64,000 bases of DNA, from the NCBI GenBank assembly GCA_964016885.1, contig OZ024743.1:143468001-143532000 (forward strand), in the 5' to 3' direction. The notes beneath the pieces were generated by a model. That model was given only the letters and a program-made list of their open reading frames with translations. It did no database searches and was not told the DNA's origin. The stretch is from Eledone cirrhosa (Eukaryota). Shown one piece after another: positions 12,746 to 26,280 of this stretch; position 1 is the first letter of the stretch, and the number at the start of each line of letters is the position of its first letter. Both the position numbers and the translations under genes were made by a program.

Positions 12746-13084
12746 TCAGAAGCCCTCATCATCATCACTTTTATGCCTACTTTTCCATATTTGTATGGAT
12801 TGGACGAGTTCTCTCTGACACAGCTTCCCTCATCATCATCCTTTTTACATCCACTTTTCTATGCTCGCTGGGTTGAAAAACCCTTCTTCAACACAGTGTC
12901 CCTCTACTTGTCGCATTCCTTTATTGTGTCCTATATGAGGTTCAGCATTCTGAGATCAGTTCTCACCACCACTGCCCAGGTTTTTCTTGATTTTACTCTT
13001 CTGCAGCCACCTTCTATTTGGAGCACCTATCACTATATTTATTTTTTTACTTGGTTGATCTGAAGAAAGGAGCAGTACTCATGC

Positions 13085-13560
13085 CCTTCACAGGCCCTCC
13101 GTGACAGGATAGATCAATGCCATTGATGTTATGTTTAAACTATTGCAAGTCCACCCCTTTGAGAAAGACATTAGAAAGGAGGGAATTCCAGTGTGATGAT
13201 GTTCTGGACAGGAAGTACTAACTAGGTGTAGTGGTTAGTGCAAGGCACAACATGAGTGATAGATGGAGGGTGTACAGGCGAATGAGTCAGCAGTGCTTGA
13301 GGTTAAGGCGATATGAGTTTAGTTAGCTCCAAGTAGTAGTAAAAGTAGAGGCTGGAGAGTGTCAGGAAGTGACTTTCTAGATGACGTTTAGGATTCTGGT
13401 AGGAGCAACAACAGCACTCCATTGTAGGTTTCATCAGAGCTCTGTAAAAAGTCATTAATTGTTGGGGGCTAAAGTATTTTCTGGCTCTAAAGAGAAGGAC
13501 CAGTCGTTGGCATACAACTTTAGGTATATTGAGGATGTTTGTTTACCATGAGAGATTCTT
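13085..13560 (-). mobile_element. Degenerate Jockey/CR1-like LINE 3' end
   Basis: Remnant FLSRTSSHWNSLLSNVF...DLQ-FKHNIN with many stops. Confidence 0.4.
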
Positions 13561-14104
13561 GGTGATTGTGAGGCCTAACAAATTCTTGGTTGCAAATGGA
13601 ATAAGGAATCTGCTCAAATCTATAGAACCAGTTGAATTTTATTAGCCTTGGTAATAAATGTATACAAAAATAATTTATAAAAGTCTGGCATGATTCTCTT
13701 AATACCTGGAAAATTAACATTCATATAGTATACTTTCTAACTAGAAAACCCTCTTGTAGAAAATGGTTCTACCTATTTATTTTTGCCTTCATTTTTCCAT
13801 GTTGTTTTATGACTAGGTGCACTTTCTGACACCAATACTTTTAGTTACTTTTTATGATACTTGGGAATACAGTGTACCTATTGTAAAAACTAGGATACAA
13901 ATCTCACAACTTCATTATGCTTTCATTGTAAAATCTCACACAAAATCTAACAAGAGCAAATTATAGAATACTTCAAGAGAAACTGACATACATGATTGCA
14001 TGCACACACACTCAGCATTTACTTTATCAGCTAAAATATGTCTCAGTACATCAACAACTGTAAACCTTTCAAACCTAAATATGTTTTGTTTTGTTTACTT
14101 ATAG

Positions 14105-14156
14105 GTTACTGCTATTTGTTGATGAGTCTGATGCATTCCTGAAGAAAAGGAACCGG
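14105..14156 (+). CDS. ATAD3: ATAD3 coding exon (Walker B)
   Basis: ag|(G)LLLFVDESDAFLKKRNR|gtaagg. Confidence 0.95.
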
Positions 14157-14649
14157 GTAAGGACCAAATGTTTTATTCTAAGCTTAATGATTGAATGAGA
14201 GATATTGATGATAAAGTTCTGTTTGAGATTAACTAACCAATATAGTCAGGACAGTCTTAACAGCATTATAGGCTCCCTGGCAAAGCAAAGCACTGTGGCC
14301 TTACATACATAACCACAGCATATATACATTAGCATTGGGCCTCCAGGCAGCTGCATATGGTTATGATTTGAAACTTATGGGATACTTTTTGGCAAGGTAC
14401 ATGCATAATTCTGAATGCTATATACTTAGGTGGAATTTTTAAAAAAACCTATTAAGAGAAGACCTGTAATTCCAAATGTGCAGCTAATCTTTTTTTTTTT
14501 CAAACCTGCATGACATCACCATCAGTATTTTACATCCACTTTACATGCTCTTCCTATCACATCTGATATGGCGTTCATATTTTAACATAGTAATGTAATT
14601 TAAGAAATAATTGTCCCTAATTAGTTGTGCTGTAATTCTTTCAGTAACT

Positions 14650-14960
14650 TTCATGACTTAGTCCATCAACTTGATGCCTTTGTAGTTACCTCTCTCTGGT
14701 GTATCTCCTTTACCTTTGTAGCAGATTACAATGATACTGCTGTGCCAGACATTGGCTATGACGCGACCCTGTACTACTTGATTGACTATGGACTTGGCCA
14801 GTTTATAACCTACCAATATACTAGATTGTCCAACTGCCTTCCCTACTTTCATATCCTTAATCACTTTGACAACAATAATGCTGTCAACTTTTATTGCTGG
14901 TCCCTCGGTTTGGTTTACGTGGAGTAGGCTCTCACTGTCTTCATTCATTAGTCTCATCCA
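14650..14960 (-). mobile_element. Degenerate RTE fragment
   Basis: EGPAIKVD..IKDMKVGKA..YKGKGDTPERGNYKGIKLMD. Confidence 0.75.
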
Positions 14961-15276
14961 TGTAGTGTAATAACCTGTTTAGTAGTTGTAGATGTGTTAT
15001 CTCCAATAAAATAATCTGTGCCTGGCATGAAGCCAGCTGGCAATCTTGCATAATTTTGTGCAATATCATTATTAATTATTAAGTAATTATATATATATAT
15101 ATATATTTGTTCCTGGATTATCTTATGTCTGTGCAGACCAACACTAGCACTTCAAAGTTTGCTCTTTAATTAATATTTTTTTTTTTTTAGTTTTAACCAT
15201 AATATTGACATTTTTGGCCAAAAATTCTATGTTATTCGCAGTTTTAATTGTCCAAATTTTTTTTTATTAAATCTAG

Positions 15277-15347
15277 GAACAAATTAGTGAGGATCTCAGA
15301 GCAACACTAAATGCCTTTTTGTATCGAACTGGTGAGCAATCAAACAA
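15277..15347 (+). CDS. ATAD3: ATAD3 coding exon
   Basis: ag|EQISEDLRATLNAFLYRTGEQSN(K)|gtaagt. Confidence 0.95.
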
Positions 15348-17299
15348 GTAAGTAGTTGTTTTTATATACAGTGTAATATTTTTCCATTAGACATCACTGA
15401 GTTAGTTATGAAATACAGCACTTTGCAGGCCCTCCCTGACTTGTAATGAGTACTCATTAACACCATCCTTCCATATAGTTTTGAGACATGGCCAATGAGA
15501 GGGCAGATTTGTGCAAAGTAAATGTTTTTGACCACTTTTTGCCTTCACCAAATCCTCCATGTTCACATATTGGATTCTATGCCAAACTCTGAAATTTGTT
15601 GTTGATTCCCCCCAAGAACAAAAGAAGCCTCCACTGGTTTGATCACACACTTCTTCAGCTATGAGGTGAACTAATTTGTAATGTAGTTACACTGGATCCC
15701 TATCTTGGGATGGCATAAATGATGAGGCAGACAGTTGTAATCCTATTAGCATGATCAAATCGAAATTTGAATTATCTGGTCTTCACATATATGATATCTG
15801 CTGTTAAAATCCTGACTCACTGACACTATCTACATCAGACATCTGTGATCACTGCATAAGCAGCCTCAGTTCATGCTGCTGTGGATGCACTGTTTGGAGG
15901 CAGCTCAAACCATCATGAGTGAATGTTGGACGTCTGTACTTGCTGTACATGGCTGGCCTCTGTTATGTTGTAGATGCACAAGTTGAAGGTGGCTCAATCC
16001 ATCCTGGGTGGATCATGTCTTACAAGTAATTATAAGATATGATGAGGCTGATGCCCAATTTAAATAACTGGACAGAGAAGGAATAGAGGTGGTATAGGGT
16101 TTACAATGCTTGCAACAGAGCAAACTATTTAATTGGGTACAACGTTATACCTATTGGATTGGTATGCAGAGGGGGTTTATACAACTGACGATTACTTACT
16201 CTGCTTCTCTATTCCTACGTTCTGATATCAGTGACCTTCATCCCATTACTGATTAATAAAGGTATATATGAACCCTTTACTTAATATTTACATATAGAAA
16301 AAGTATACATTTAGTTTTGCTGCAAGTATTTTAAGTTGTGAACATTACACAGTTACATTAGCATTGGAATAAAAGCAGTGTATATATGCATTTCATTGTC
16401 ATTATAATTTGTTGGCTCTTGCCTGCTTAGATGCTGAAGGAATGAAGAAAATATCTTCATATAGATTTTGTAAACAAACCATTCATGATAAATGTGTATT
16501 TACATATAGTACAATCTTTACTGGTTAGTATTAGCAATAACAAAAACACAGCCCGATTCAGAATATAAGTTAAATGTATGTTATGCGAATAGGCGTTATT
16601 TGTAGGAAGGGCATCCAGCTTTTGAAACCATGCCAAAACTGGAACATATGTAAACGATACATAGCCCCTGGCTCCTCTGTGAGGAAACAGCTACAATGAA
16701 GTTCTGACTTGGTCTTTGAAAAAAAATATGGGCATATATCCTATGTTTATTATGCATAAACATAGGATATATGTCCATATACATTTTTATTGTGAATCAA
16801 GCTGTTACACTAATTAAAATAACCAATATTAAAATGTTTAAATAACAAAGAAGAGATGTCAGAAATCATAGGAGCATCTTACAATATTTAATGTTATCCT
16901 TCTGCACCCTCAAATCCCAATAGGGTTTTCTTTGTATTTTACCTCTCCACAATCAATAGAATATTTTTGTGTGTGTTTGCTGTTAAGTCAGTGGGGTAGG
17001 GCTTTTTTTATTTGTAGGAGTATTTTCACCCTTTTGATTTCAAACTGCCTAAAACCATCCCTGGTTATGATACAAAGCTGTTCTAAAATATTTATATTTA
17101 TCTAAAAGCCTTTCATCATAAATTTATGTTAAAAACTTTGTTCCAAATACCAGTTTAATAATGAGAAAATTAGCTATATTAACTAAATCCCTTCAAATTC
17201 TTGGTTATTTTCAAAATGATATAAAAAATCATAAGCAGTGATATTCATTAGAAATATGGTAACGAAAGGGTTAAATATCTTAATGTTTTTACTTTTCAG

Positions 17300-17467
17300 G
17301 TTTATGTTGGTGTTATCCAGTAATCAACCTGAACAATTTGATTGGGCCATTAATGACCGTCTTGATGAAATGGTAGAATTTGTCATACCAACGTTATCTG
17401 AGAGAGAACGTATGGTCCGACAGTATTTTGATGAGTTTGTCCTGAAACCAGCGACGGAGGGCAAGAG
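17300..17467 (+). CDS. ATAD3: ATAD3 coding exon
   Basis: ag|[27 protein letters not shown]...VLKPATEGK(R)|gtatgt. Confidence 0.97.
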
Positions 17468-18489
17468 GTATGTGTGTGTGATAGTGAATGTGAAGTTTCT
17501 TGGCTTAAGGATTATGGTGTTTTGGCTCATGATCATATTGTCATGCGTTTGATTTCTGGCTGTACTTTATTTCACATTGCTCTAGTTTGCTCAATGAGTT
17601 CAAATGGCCAGTCTTGTCACATACTGTGTCATGCTGAGACTCCCTGAGAATTATGTTAAAGGTACATGTGTCTGTGGAATGCTCAGTTACTTAGAAGCAG
17701 GCTGTTCCATTGTTCAAACAACTGGAACTTGCTATCAGAACTGACAAAAATCCGATACTCTCACACATACACTTGTGTGAATGTGAAAACAGAACTTGGG
17801 GTAAGTGAAAATAAATAAGCTGAGTATAATGTTGATTAATGCCACCAGGACTACCACTTTACAGAGTGTACTAGGTGCATATTATTGTGGCACCTATACT
17901 ATTACTTTTCAGAGTGCCTAAGTCTGATCTCTTTCCATCCTCATTGCTGAGGGTCAGGGACTATAGACAATTGCACCAATGCTAATCTATATGACAATGT
18001 ATCATCATCATCATCATCATTTAACGTCTATCTTCCACGCTAGCATGGGTTAGTGTATATCCATGTATCTCATTGGGAAATAAGTGAAATCGGTGGATCC
18101 CGTATCCTTGTCTGACGATTACTCAGAAACTGGCAATCAAGCTGCTGCTCATCCGCTTTCATCACATGGATGAATCCATTGGCCACTTGAAAGGTTGTCA
18201 CCAAGGTAACTAAAGAGTCACATCTGCCCCAGTTTTGAAATTAGTGATCTTTTACCTAAACAGACTGCCAACCAAGGTTAACAAAGTAACACTCAAGAAC
18301 GACTTGACATATTATTGAGTGCATTTTATCATGACATCTTACTAAATATACTGGGTGCTAACACTACCACTTTACAGAGTGTACTGTGTGCATTTTATCA
18401 TGCACCAACATTACCCCTTTACTGAATGTACTGGGTGCATTCTATTATGCTTATGTTAGAAATTATTATTATTGTTTTTGTTGTTGCAG

Positions 18490-18598
18490 GCGTTTAAAGG
18501 TAGCACAGTTTGATTATGGAGTCAAGTGTTCAGAGATTGCAGGACGTACTGAAGGGCTGTCTGGAAGAGAAATAGCCAAATTAGGTGTTGCCTGGCAG
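18490..18598 (+). CDS. ATAD3: ATAD3 coding exon
   Basis: ag|[36 protein letters not shown]|gtcagt. Confidence 0.96.
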
Positions 18599-18826
18599 GT
18601 CAGTGGATCAAATTTTCATTCATTCATTCATCATCATCATCATCATCATCATCATCGTTTAACGTCTATCTTCCACGCTAGCATGGGTTTAGACGTTGTC
18701 CCACGTTAAGCAAGATTGGTTGTCTGGTGGGTTTTCTACGGCTGGATGCCCTTCCTAACACCAACCACGTTTACATTGTATTTTGATTTTTGTATTATTA
18801 GTATTTATTATTATTAGGAAAGAAAG

Positions 18827-19950
18827 GGCAGTGGATTGGCATCATCAGTAGAGCATTGAACAATATGCTTTGCAGCATATAGTTATGTCTCTTCGCATTC
18901 TGGGTTCAAATACCACTGAGATTAGCTTTGCCATTCATCTGTTGCGGGTTGATAAAATAAAGAACCAGTAATGCACTGAGGTAAATTTAATGGACTTTCC
19001 CCTCACCCAGTTGTTGGTCTTGTTTCTAAATCAGAAACAATTATTATGAAAGAAAAGGGTGGAGAATTGACAGAATCATTGGAGTGTGAGATGGAATGCA
19101 TTGAAGCATTTTGTTCTGCCCTCTACCTTTTACTTTTAAATCCAGCTGGGGTCAACTTTGCTTTTCATCTTTTCGGGCTTGATAAAGTACTCGGGTCAGT
19201 ATAATTGATTTTCCCATTCCCCTCAAAATTTCTGGCCTTGTGCCTAAATCAGAAACCATTATTACTCTAGGGCGGTGGATTGGCAGTATCGGTAGAGTGT
19301 CAGACACCATGCTTTGCAGCATAGTTATGGCCCTTTACGTTCATCATTAGGAAAGAAACCAGAAGAGGGCACTTTCAAGTCATGATCCAAAAGTAATCTG
19401 GTTTTGTGTGCATTTTTTTTTTTTGTTTTTTTTTCTGGAATTGCTCTAAATCACAGACCCTACCCTATTGGGGAACTGTTCCTAGTAGACATTCGTTATT
19501 TTGTATGAAGGGCGCTGAATTGGCAGTATTGGTAGAGCGTCAGACACTATGCTTTGCAGCGTAGAGTTATGGCCCTTTGCGTTCTGAGTTCAAATCCTGC
19601 GGAGTTTAACTTTGTCTTTTATCCTTACGGGATCGATAATAAAGTATCGGTAATGCACTGGGGTAATTGCTGGTCTTGTGTCAAAAGTAGAAACAAATAT
19701 TATGACTATTTATTATTATTACCTACTGTTCTCCCTTTGTTGATGTCTCCTTTCTGATATCGATGTAAACTCCACACTATTATTTTACATCTTTGTATTA
19801 TCTCCAATTTATCAGGCCCTTGTGGCAGCATTGGTAGAGCATCAGACAACATGCTTTGCAGCATATAGTTCCAGCCCATTACTTCTGAGTTCAAATCCCA
19901 TGGAGATTAGTTTTGCCTTTCATCCTTACAGGATGAAATAAGTACCAGTG
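18827..19950 (+). mobile_element. Cluster of about five tRNA-derived SINE copies
   Basis: Repeated head gggcggtggattggcagtatcggtagag (A box), gagttcaaatccc (B box), core gcctttcatccttacggggtcgataaaataaagtaccag. Confidence 0.8.
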
Positions 19951-20429
19951 GTGCTCTGTGGTTGGTGTTAGGAAGGGCATCCAGCCGTAAAAAACTTGCC
20001 AGATAGTCCTATATGAGCGAGACATGGTCACTCGACCAACCTTGCCTCAAGTGGGACAATTCTCGTCTTACCCATGCTAGCGTGGAAAATGGACGTTAAA
20101 CGAAGAAGATGATGATGATGTGTGTATACACACACATACTCATTTATCTATGATGGAGTTCCACACAATTTCTGTTTACCAAATTTCACCGAAAAGACAA
20201 TAGATAAACTTCAGATAAATATCATCATCCTTTTTACATCCACTTTTCCATGCTGGCATGGGTTGGATGGGACTTTTTGAGGCATATTTTACAGCTGGAT
20301 GCCATTCCTGATGCAAACCTTTTTACTCACTTCTTATGACATACAGGGATACAGTGTACCTATTCTACTTAATATTTCATGATAAATGTAAAGTTTTGCT
20401 TTAATAAAATATTTCTTGTTGTTCTTCAG

Positions 20430-20705
20430 GCCACAGCTTACGCTTCTGATGATGGTATTCTGACAGAGCAGATGATTGACAGTATTGTTGATAATGCCAT
20501 TAGACAACACAGTCAGAAAGTCTTGTGGCAAGATGATAAACAAACTAGTATCTTCCTTCAACCTCAAGATAGTTTAACCAGTTCACCTGTGAAGAGTGAG
20601 ACTTCTTCACCACAGCCACCAAAACCTCCATCATCATCATCACCACCACCATCATCGACAACATCACCGTCATCACCATCATCATTACCTTCATCTGAAA
20701 GCTGA
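20430..20705 (+). CDS. ATAD3: ATAD3 last coding exon with Ser/Pro-rich tail
   Basis: ag|[17 protein letters not shown]...QHSQKVLW...SSES, TGA stop at 20703-20705. Confidence 0.93.
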   Translation, partial: ATAYASDDGILTEQMIDSIVDNAIRQHSQKVLWQDDKQTSIFLQPQDSLTSSPVKSETSSPQPPKPPSSSSPPPSSTTSPSSPSSLPSSES

Positions 20706-20913
20706 TTGTAATAGACCATGTATAGGCTCGCACTTAAAAAGTCTTACTCTCATCTCTGAGTGATAATTCTTGTATGAGTTGTACATAATCATTGTTTGAA
20801 AGCTTAGAATTTTACAAATTGTTAGAATATTATTGGAAATTAAAATAATATTGAAGCAGTCTTCACATATAAGCATTCTCCATCTTAATTATTGGAGTGT
20901 AATGTTACATGTA

Positions 20914-21373
20914 CAGGGTGGGCGGAAAGAAACTGCCTTTTTAAATTTGTAAACAACTTTATTAATTATTGGTCAATTTTCTGAGAACATGTTTTATTGT
21001 GAACAGTATAGTGGTAGAAGTACAGCGTTTCCTACCTGTGTTTGTAATTGTCTAGATTATCCTCAACTGACTTCATTAGGAACTCAGGTGATATGTTGGT
21101 CAGTACATGACAAATGCATTCTTCTAATTGAGTCAGTTTTGGGTTTTGAGCTATAAACTTCTTCCTTTGCCCACCCCAACAGGAACAAATTGCATGGCAT
21201 TAAATCAGGACTTCATGCTGGCCATTCATGTGGATATCGGACATCAAGCCACTCATGAATAGTGCATGCATATTCATCTTGCATGAATATGAGATTATTG
21301 ATGTTGTCCCAAGTGGTCACAGAAGGCCAAACATCTTCGATTTTCAATACAGAGTTTCTTTCCACCCTCCCTG
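20914..21373 (-). mobile_element. Internally deleted Tc1/mariner element just downstream of the ATAD3 stop
   Basis: TA|CAGGGTGGGCGGAAAGAAACT...AGTTTCTTTCCACCCTCCCTG|TA; transposase remnant FMQD...EWPA*SPDLMPC. Confidence 0.8.
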
Positions 21374-22383
21374 TATATGTAGGGACTAAAAAAAAAAAAA
21401 AAAAGGAGCTGATCATTAAATTGAACCAAAGAAATTAGTTATCTGCCAGTTGCAACTCCTGTCAGGAGGAGGCGGAATTTGAATCCAGACTGCAGCACAG
21501 ACCCAGATCAGATACCTCAAAGCATTCTGTTTGACTCTTTGACAATTCTGCCAATCCACTACCTCTGGACTGGTACTTTTTCAACCGCAAAAGGTTGAGA
21601 GACAAAATTGACTTCTAAATGCATGTTGAAACTAATACTACATGTAATACACAGTATGTATTACTAAATATGTAACTTAAGTGAAATTACATGTAGAGTA
21701 TGTACTACTTCATGCATCTCAGCACCAAAGTACTCTGGAGAAAAACTAGACTAAGTGGTTATCACAGCCTGGAGTAACGGGAACAATGTGAGTAATGAAA
21801 AGAGGGGGATGAATGATGCAGGTGCACCTGGGTGAACATAGCAAGAACTGAGCAGTATAAGCCACAGAAGTTACAACAGAAAAATGGCAGATAGAGGAGA
21901 TAGCACATTTGTGAGTCAGAAGCTTGAGTGTGTTGGGGAACAACTTCATGCTAATGAGTTAGATGACCTTTGGGTATCTGTATAATAGCAACACCATTCA
22001 GTTTCTGACTAAAAAAAAACAGTTGATTGTTTCTTTGGCAAACATACTTAATCCTTTTCTTGCCATATTTCTAAGGAAATCAACTGATTATTTTTAAAAT
22101 TGGAAAATGATTGGCAAATTTTTTGAGAGATTTAACATGAACATTTTCATTATGTATTTTGGTGTTCAGAACATAACTTAACAGGTCCTTACATAAAATT
22201 ATAATGGAAAACCTTTAGATAAATATAAACACTTTAGAACAGTTTTGAATTGTTAGACCAAGGGCGGTTTGGTATTCAAAGGGTTACATAAATGACCCAT
22301 TTCACTCAGCTATGAAGAGGAACTTACATTGATGAATGCTTTGTAAGTTTGCAATGGATTTGTACAACAGAAATGCTTTAAAC

Positions 22384-22628
22384 CAGTGATACACAATCTT
22401 TTTTCAGTAGGGTCCACAACATTCATGAAAAAATCTTAATTGACCACCAGCCCTCATTAATATATTTCTAATGAAAAACGTTGGGGTTAAGTAATATACG
22501 TATAAGTTGGAAGGTTTTTATATAAATATAAACAGCTTTCTATCATAGGACCAGCAGCAGATTCAGGCTGTTACATAACAAAAGGGTTGAATGCAAAACT
22601 TTTCTATGAACTGTACTGTGCATCACTG
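22384..22628. mobile_element. Older hAT-like MITE
   Basis: TIR CAGTGATACACA / TGTGCATCACTG; degenerate TSD-like flanks. Confidence 0.5.
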
Positions 22629-25600
22629 TTTAGACTTAACTCTGACTTAGTTCCTACCAAGAATGAATTATTCTTTAATATGACCATCCCCTACATTTAA
22701 GTCAGAACACTATGGCAGAAGTGATGACATTTTCAAGGCTAACACAGACAACTGCAACCTGGGAATTATTTAACAATTGGCCACTGTCTGGAATCATGTC
22801 ACATTTTCACTCGTCAGAATGTGTGATACATTCTAATGACTTGCAGCAGACTGGAACTCCTTTGACCTACTAGAAATAGTAGCTAAATCTCTGGAAATTT
22901 GCCCAACAGTCATAGATCTATTTGATCAGTCATCACCTGGGTCTACACAGGGTGGAGAAGGAAGGGCTCTGCCATGTTTATTTGTCTTAGAATATACTTA
23001 GTGACATGTGTACTTGCTCTCCCTGTGTTCAGCTTTTGTCGATCCAGTGATCATGTGATAAGCTCTGGCCATCCCTAATTCAACTACACTTACAAATGGC
23101 TACAATCCTCCTCCAACCATTGCAGCTTTCACCATCTCTGGAATTTAAACTGAGTACAAAGTGCTGGAAGAGGTACCACAACAAATCTCATTCATTGCCA
23201 TGGGCTGGTACTTGATTTTATTGACCCTGAAATGTGAAAGGCAAAGTTGAACTGACTGCAGAAAGCCAGAACAAATACCACAAAATATTTTATCCAGTTT
23301 TTATTGGTAAATCTGTAGAAGAGCTCGAGAAGAAATTCCTACTGTGGAAACAGGGTTCAGAGTAAAGACCAAATTTTTTTTGTAAGTAGGAAAGTGGTCT
23401 TGCTCAATTTGCAGAAAAGGAGTAAGAACTCTATACTATTTACACAAGTTAGAACATAAGTACAAAAGAAGTGTGGTGGGATTGTAAGTAGACTAAGAGA
23501 ATTAGTAAGAGCCCCTGTGAGGTAGTTGATAGCTTCTGCTACTTGGATGACCTATTGAGCAATAGATGAGATTGCTCTCATTTAAAAACTGAAAAAAAAA
23601 AAAAAAATGTATATGATGTTGCATCTTTTTCCATGGGATAAAAAAAAAAAAAAAACACGTAAAAACAAGTTCTGTCAAGGGCATGACAACCCCTCTAGTG
23701 TTGGAGATGTGAAGAAATGCATTTAGTATACTTTATAAAAGCATTCACTGTAGAAAACTTGTCAAATAAATGTTCACGAAGAATCTTTGTGTTGGAGACA
23801 TGACAACCTCCTTGAAAACGCACCTGAGGTACTCTGTATTGAGAGGGGGAATGCAGGAACATAAGCAAGATGTGGCCCCCTAGCCAATCTGAGAGGTAAG
23901 TAGCTCCAATTAACTACAGATTTAGTCTGTGATAACCTTTCCAATCCTTGCTAACAGACAGAACAGATATTAAATGATGAAACAAGACTTGGTTGACTTG
24001 TGGAGCATTGGGGAAACCCCAAATTGGAAAATATAGTGACTACAATGTAAAAGACTATATTTCATATCTACAGGTTGAATAAATCAGGTAAAGTACACTG
24101 AGAGACAGAGGACAGAGACACCTGTGGGTAATCAAACCATGCATCTCATTCTTGTCCACTTTTTTTTCATCTCCAGGGTTACTTTACAAGATTTATTCAA
24201 CTATTATTATAGTTATCTGGAGAGCAGAATTGTTTGAGCATTGGGCAAATGCTTAGCATTTGTTACAACTCTTTACATTCTGAGTTCAAATCCTGTCACA
24301 GTCAACTTTGCTTTTTAACCTTCCGAAGTCAATAAAATAAAATGCCAGTCAAGCACAGGGGTCAATATAATTTACCTTTCTTTCCCCTCAAATTGCAGGC
24401 CTTGTGCCTAAATTCTTCTTTGCCCACTTATTCTTGGGCAGGTCCTGTCAGAAACAACTGTCTCCAATTGATCCTGCTGAATCTCCAAGGTGGTTTTGCC
24501 TGTCCAGCAATTCCTTCCTTAGACATGCCACTTCTGTTCACACCACTCTTGCACTTTAAAGTTGTGTTGGTATCACAACAAAAAGCACTCAGCCCACACT
24601 GTAAAGTGGTCATGTAGAAATTACAACAAAAAGCACCCAGCACATTGTAAATGTGGTTGGCATTAGGAAGAGCATCCAGCTGTAGAAACCAAGCCAGCAA
24701 CAGTTCTGTATGAGCAAGGCACAATCACCTGATCCGACTTGCCTCAAACAGGACAACCCATCTAACCCATCGTGGAAAATGGACATTAAACGATGATGAT
24801 GATGATGACTATTTTCCATGCTACCATGGGTTGTCACATTACGAAACAAGACATAGGTGACCTACATCTTGCTTATACAGATCGGTATTTTGGGTTGGTT
24901 TCTACGGCTGTATGTCCTTAAAGCTAACCACATTGCAATATCAACTGGATGCTTTTTTAATATATATATATATATATACACTAGCTGAGAAGACAGATAA
25001 AAAAGAAAATGGCTATTGGATCTGTTGTCTGGTATGAAGTGAGAGAGAGAGACGAAAAAAAACAAAACAATAAAACTTCCTTATTAGGCTCTCTGAATAT
25101 CTAACAGCCTCTCTCTCTTTAGATGTGTGTAGTTTTCGAGATTCAACCAACCAATAAACATCTTTCTTTTATATTATATATAGATTATCAGCAGCATCAT
25201 GATAACAATAGATATACACAAGAAAATGAAATCATTAACGAGCTCTCTATATCAAAATGTGTCTTCAGATTAAGAAGAAGAAAAAAACCACCTTTACATT
25301 CATACAATATAGAATACTTAACTTTACCTGGGTTTCATCCTATGCTTTGCATTTAACATTAAATAATTATACTGTATGTAGAATAAGTGAACACAGCATA
25401 GCTGAATGGTTAAGTTGTTTGCTTCACAATCCAGAGTTCAATCCCACTGTGTGGCTTCATGAGCATGTGTCATCCCGTGTAACTGAAATTGGGTAAATGA
25501 AAAATGTTTGGAAGCCTGCAGGATTGACTATACTTTTAATTCAAAGAACCAGTCTTGTCCCACACTGTGTCATGTTGAATCTCCCTGAGTATTATGTTAT

Positions 25601-25932
25601 GGGTACACGTCTAGAATGTTTATCCACTTACATGTTAATTTCCTGACCCAGTTATACTGTTAGTCAAACAACTGGAACACTCATCATTCAGAGCAACAGA
25701 GGTCTAATTCATTTCATTTAGAATAAGATGTGGGCTTGTATCAAGAAGAGTATCTAACTGTAGAAAACCTACCAGAAAAGATCTTGCCCAACCCTTGCAA
25801 ATATGGAATGATGATTATGATAAATTACCTCTACCCACTCCCTCAAGAAAACTATGTTATACTGTTACCAGGGAAAAGAAAGTGACTGGTCAGTAAATGA
25901 CCGTCATACAATATATATATATATATATATAT

Positions 25933-26265
25933 TTCATTTCATTTTACGTCCGCTTTTTCCCTGCTTGCAAGGGTGGGACAGGAACTGATTCTGGCTAGAT
26001 TTCTACAGCTGGATGCCCTTCCTAACACCAACCTCATTTACAGTGAGTGCTGGGTGCTTTTTTGCCGTGGCACCTCCACGACCACTTTGCAGTGGAATGA
26101 TAGGGACCCCTGCCTCTATCATCTCATTTCTACAGCTGAGTAAACTGGAGCAATGTGAAATAAAGTGTCTTGCTCAAGGAAACAACACACCACCCGGTCT
26201 GAGAATTGAACTCACAACCTTTCGATTGCAAGGCCAATGCTTTAACCACTAAGCCATGTACCTCC
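25933..26265 (-). mobile_element. tRNA-derived SINE with RTE-derived tail (full length)
   Basis: Head ggaggtacatggcttagtggttaaagc...gagttcaattc; tail gttggtgttaggaagggcatccagctgtag shared with the RTE; TA-rich flanks. Confidence 0.85.
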
Positions 26266-26280
26266 ATGTAATATATATAT

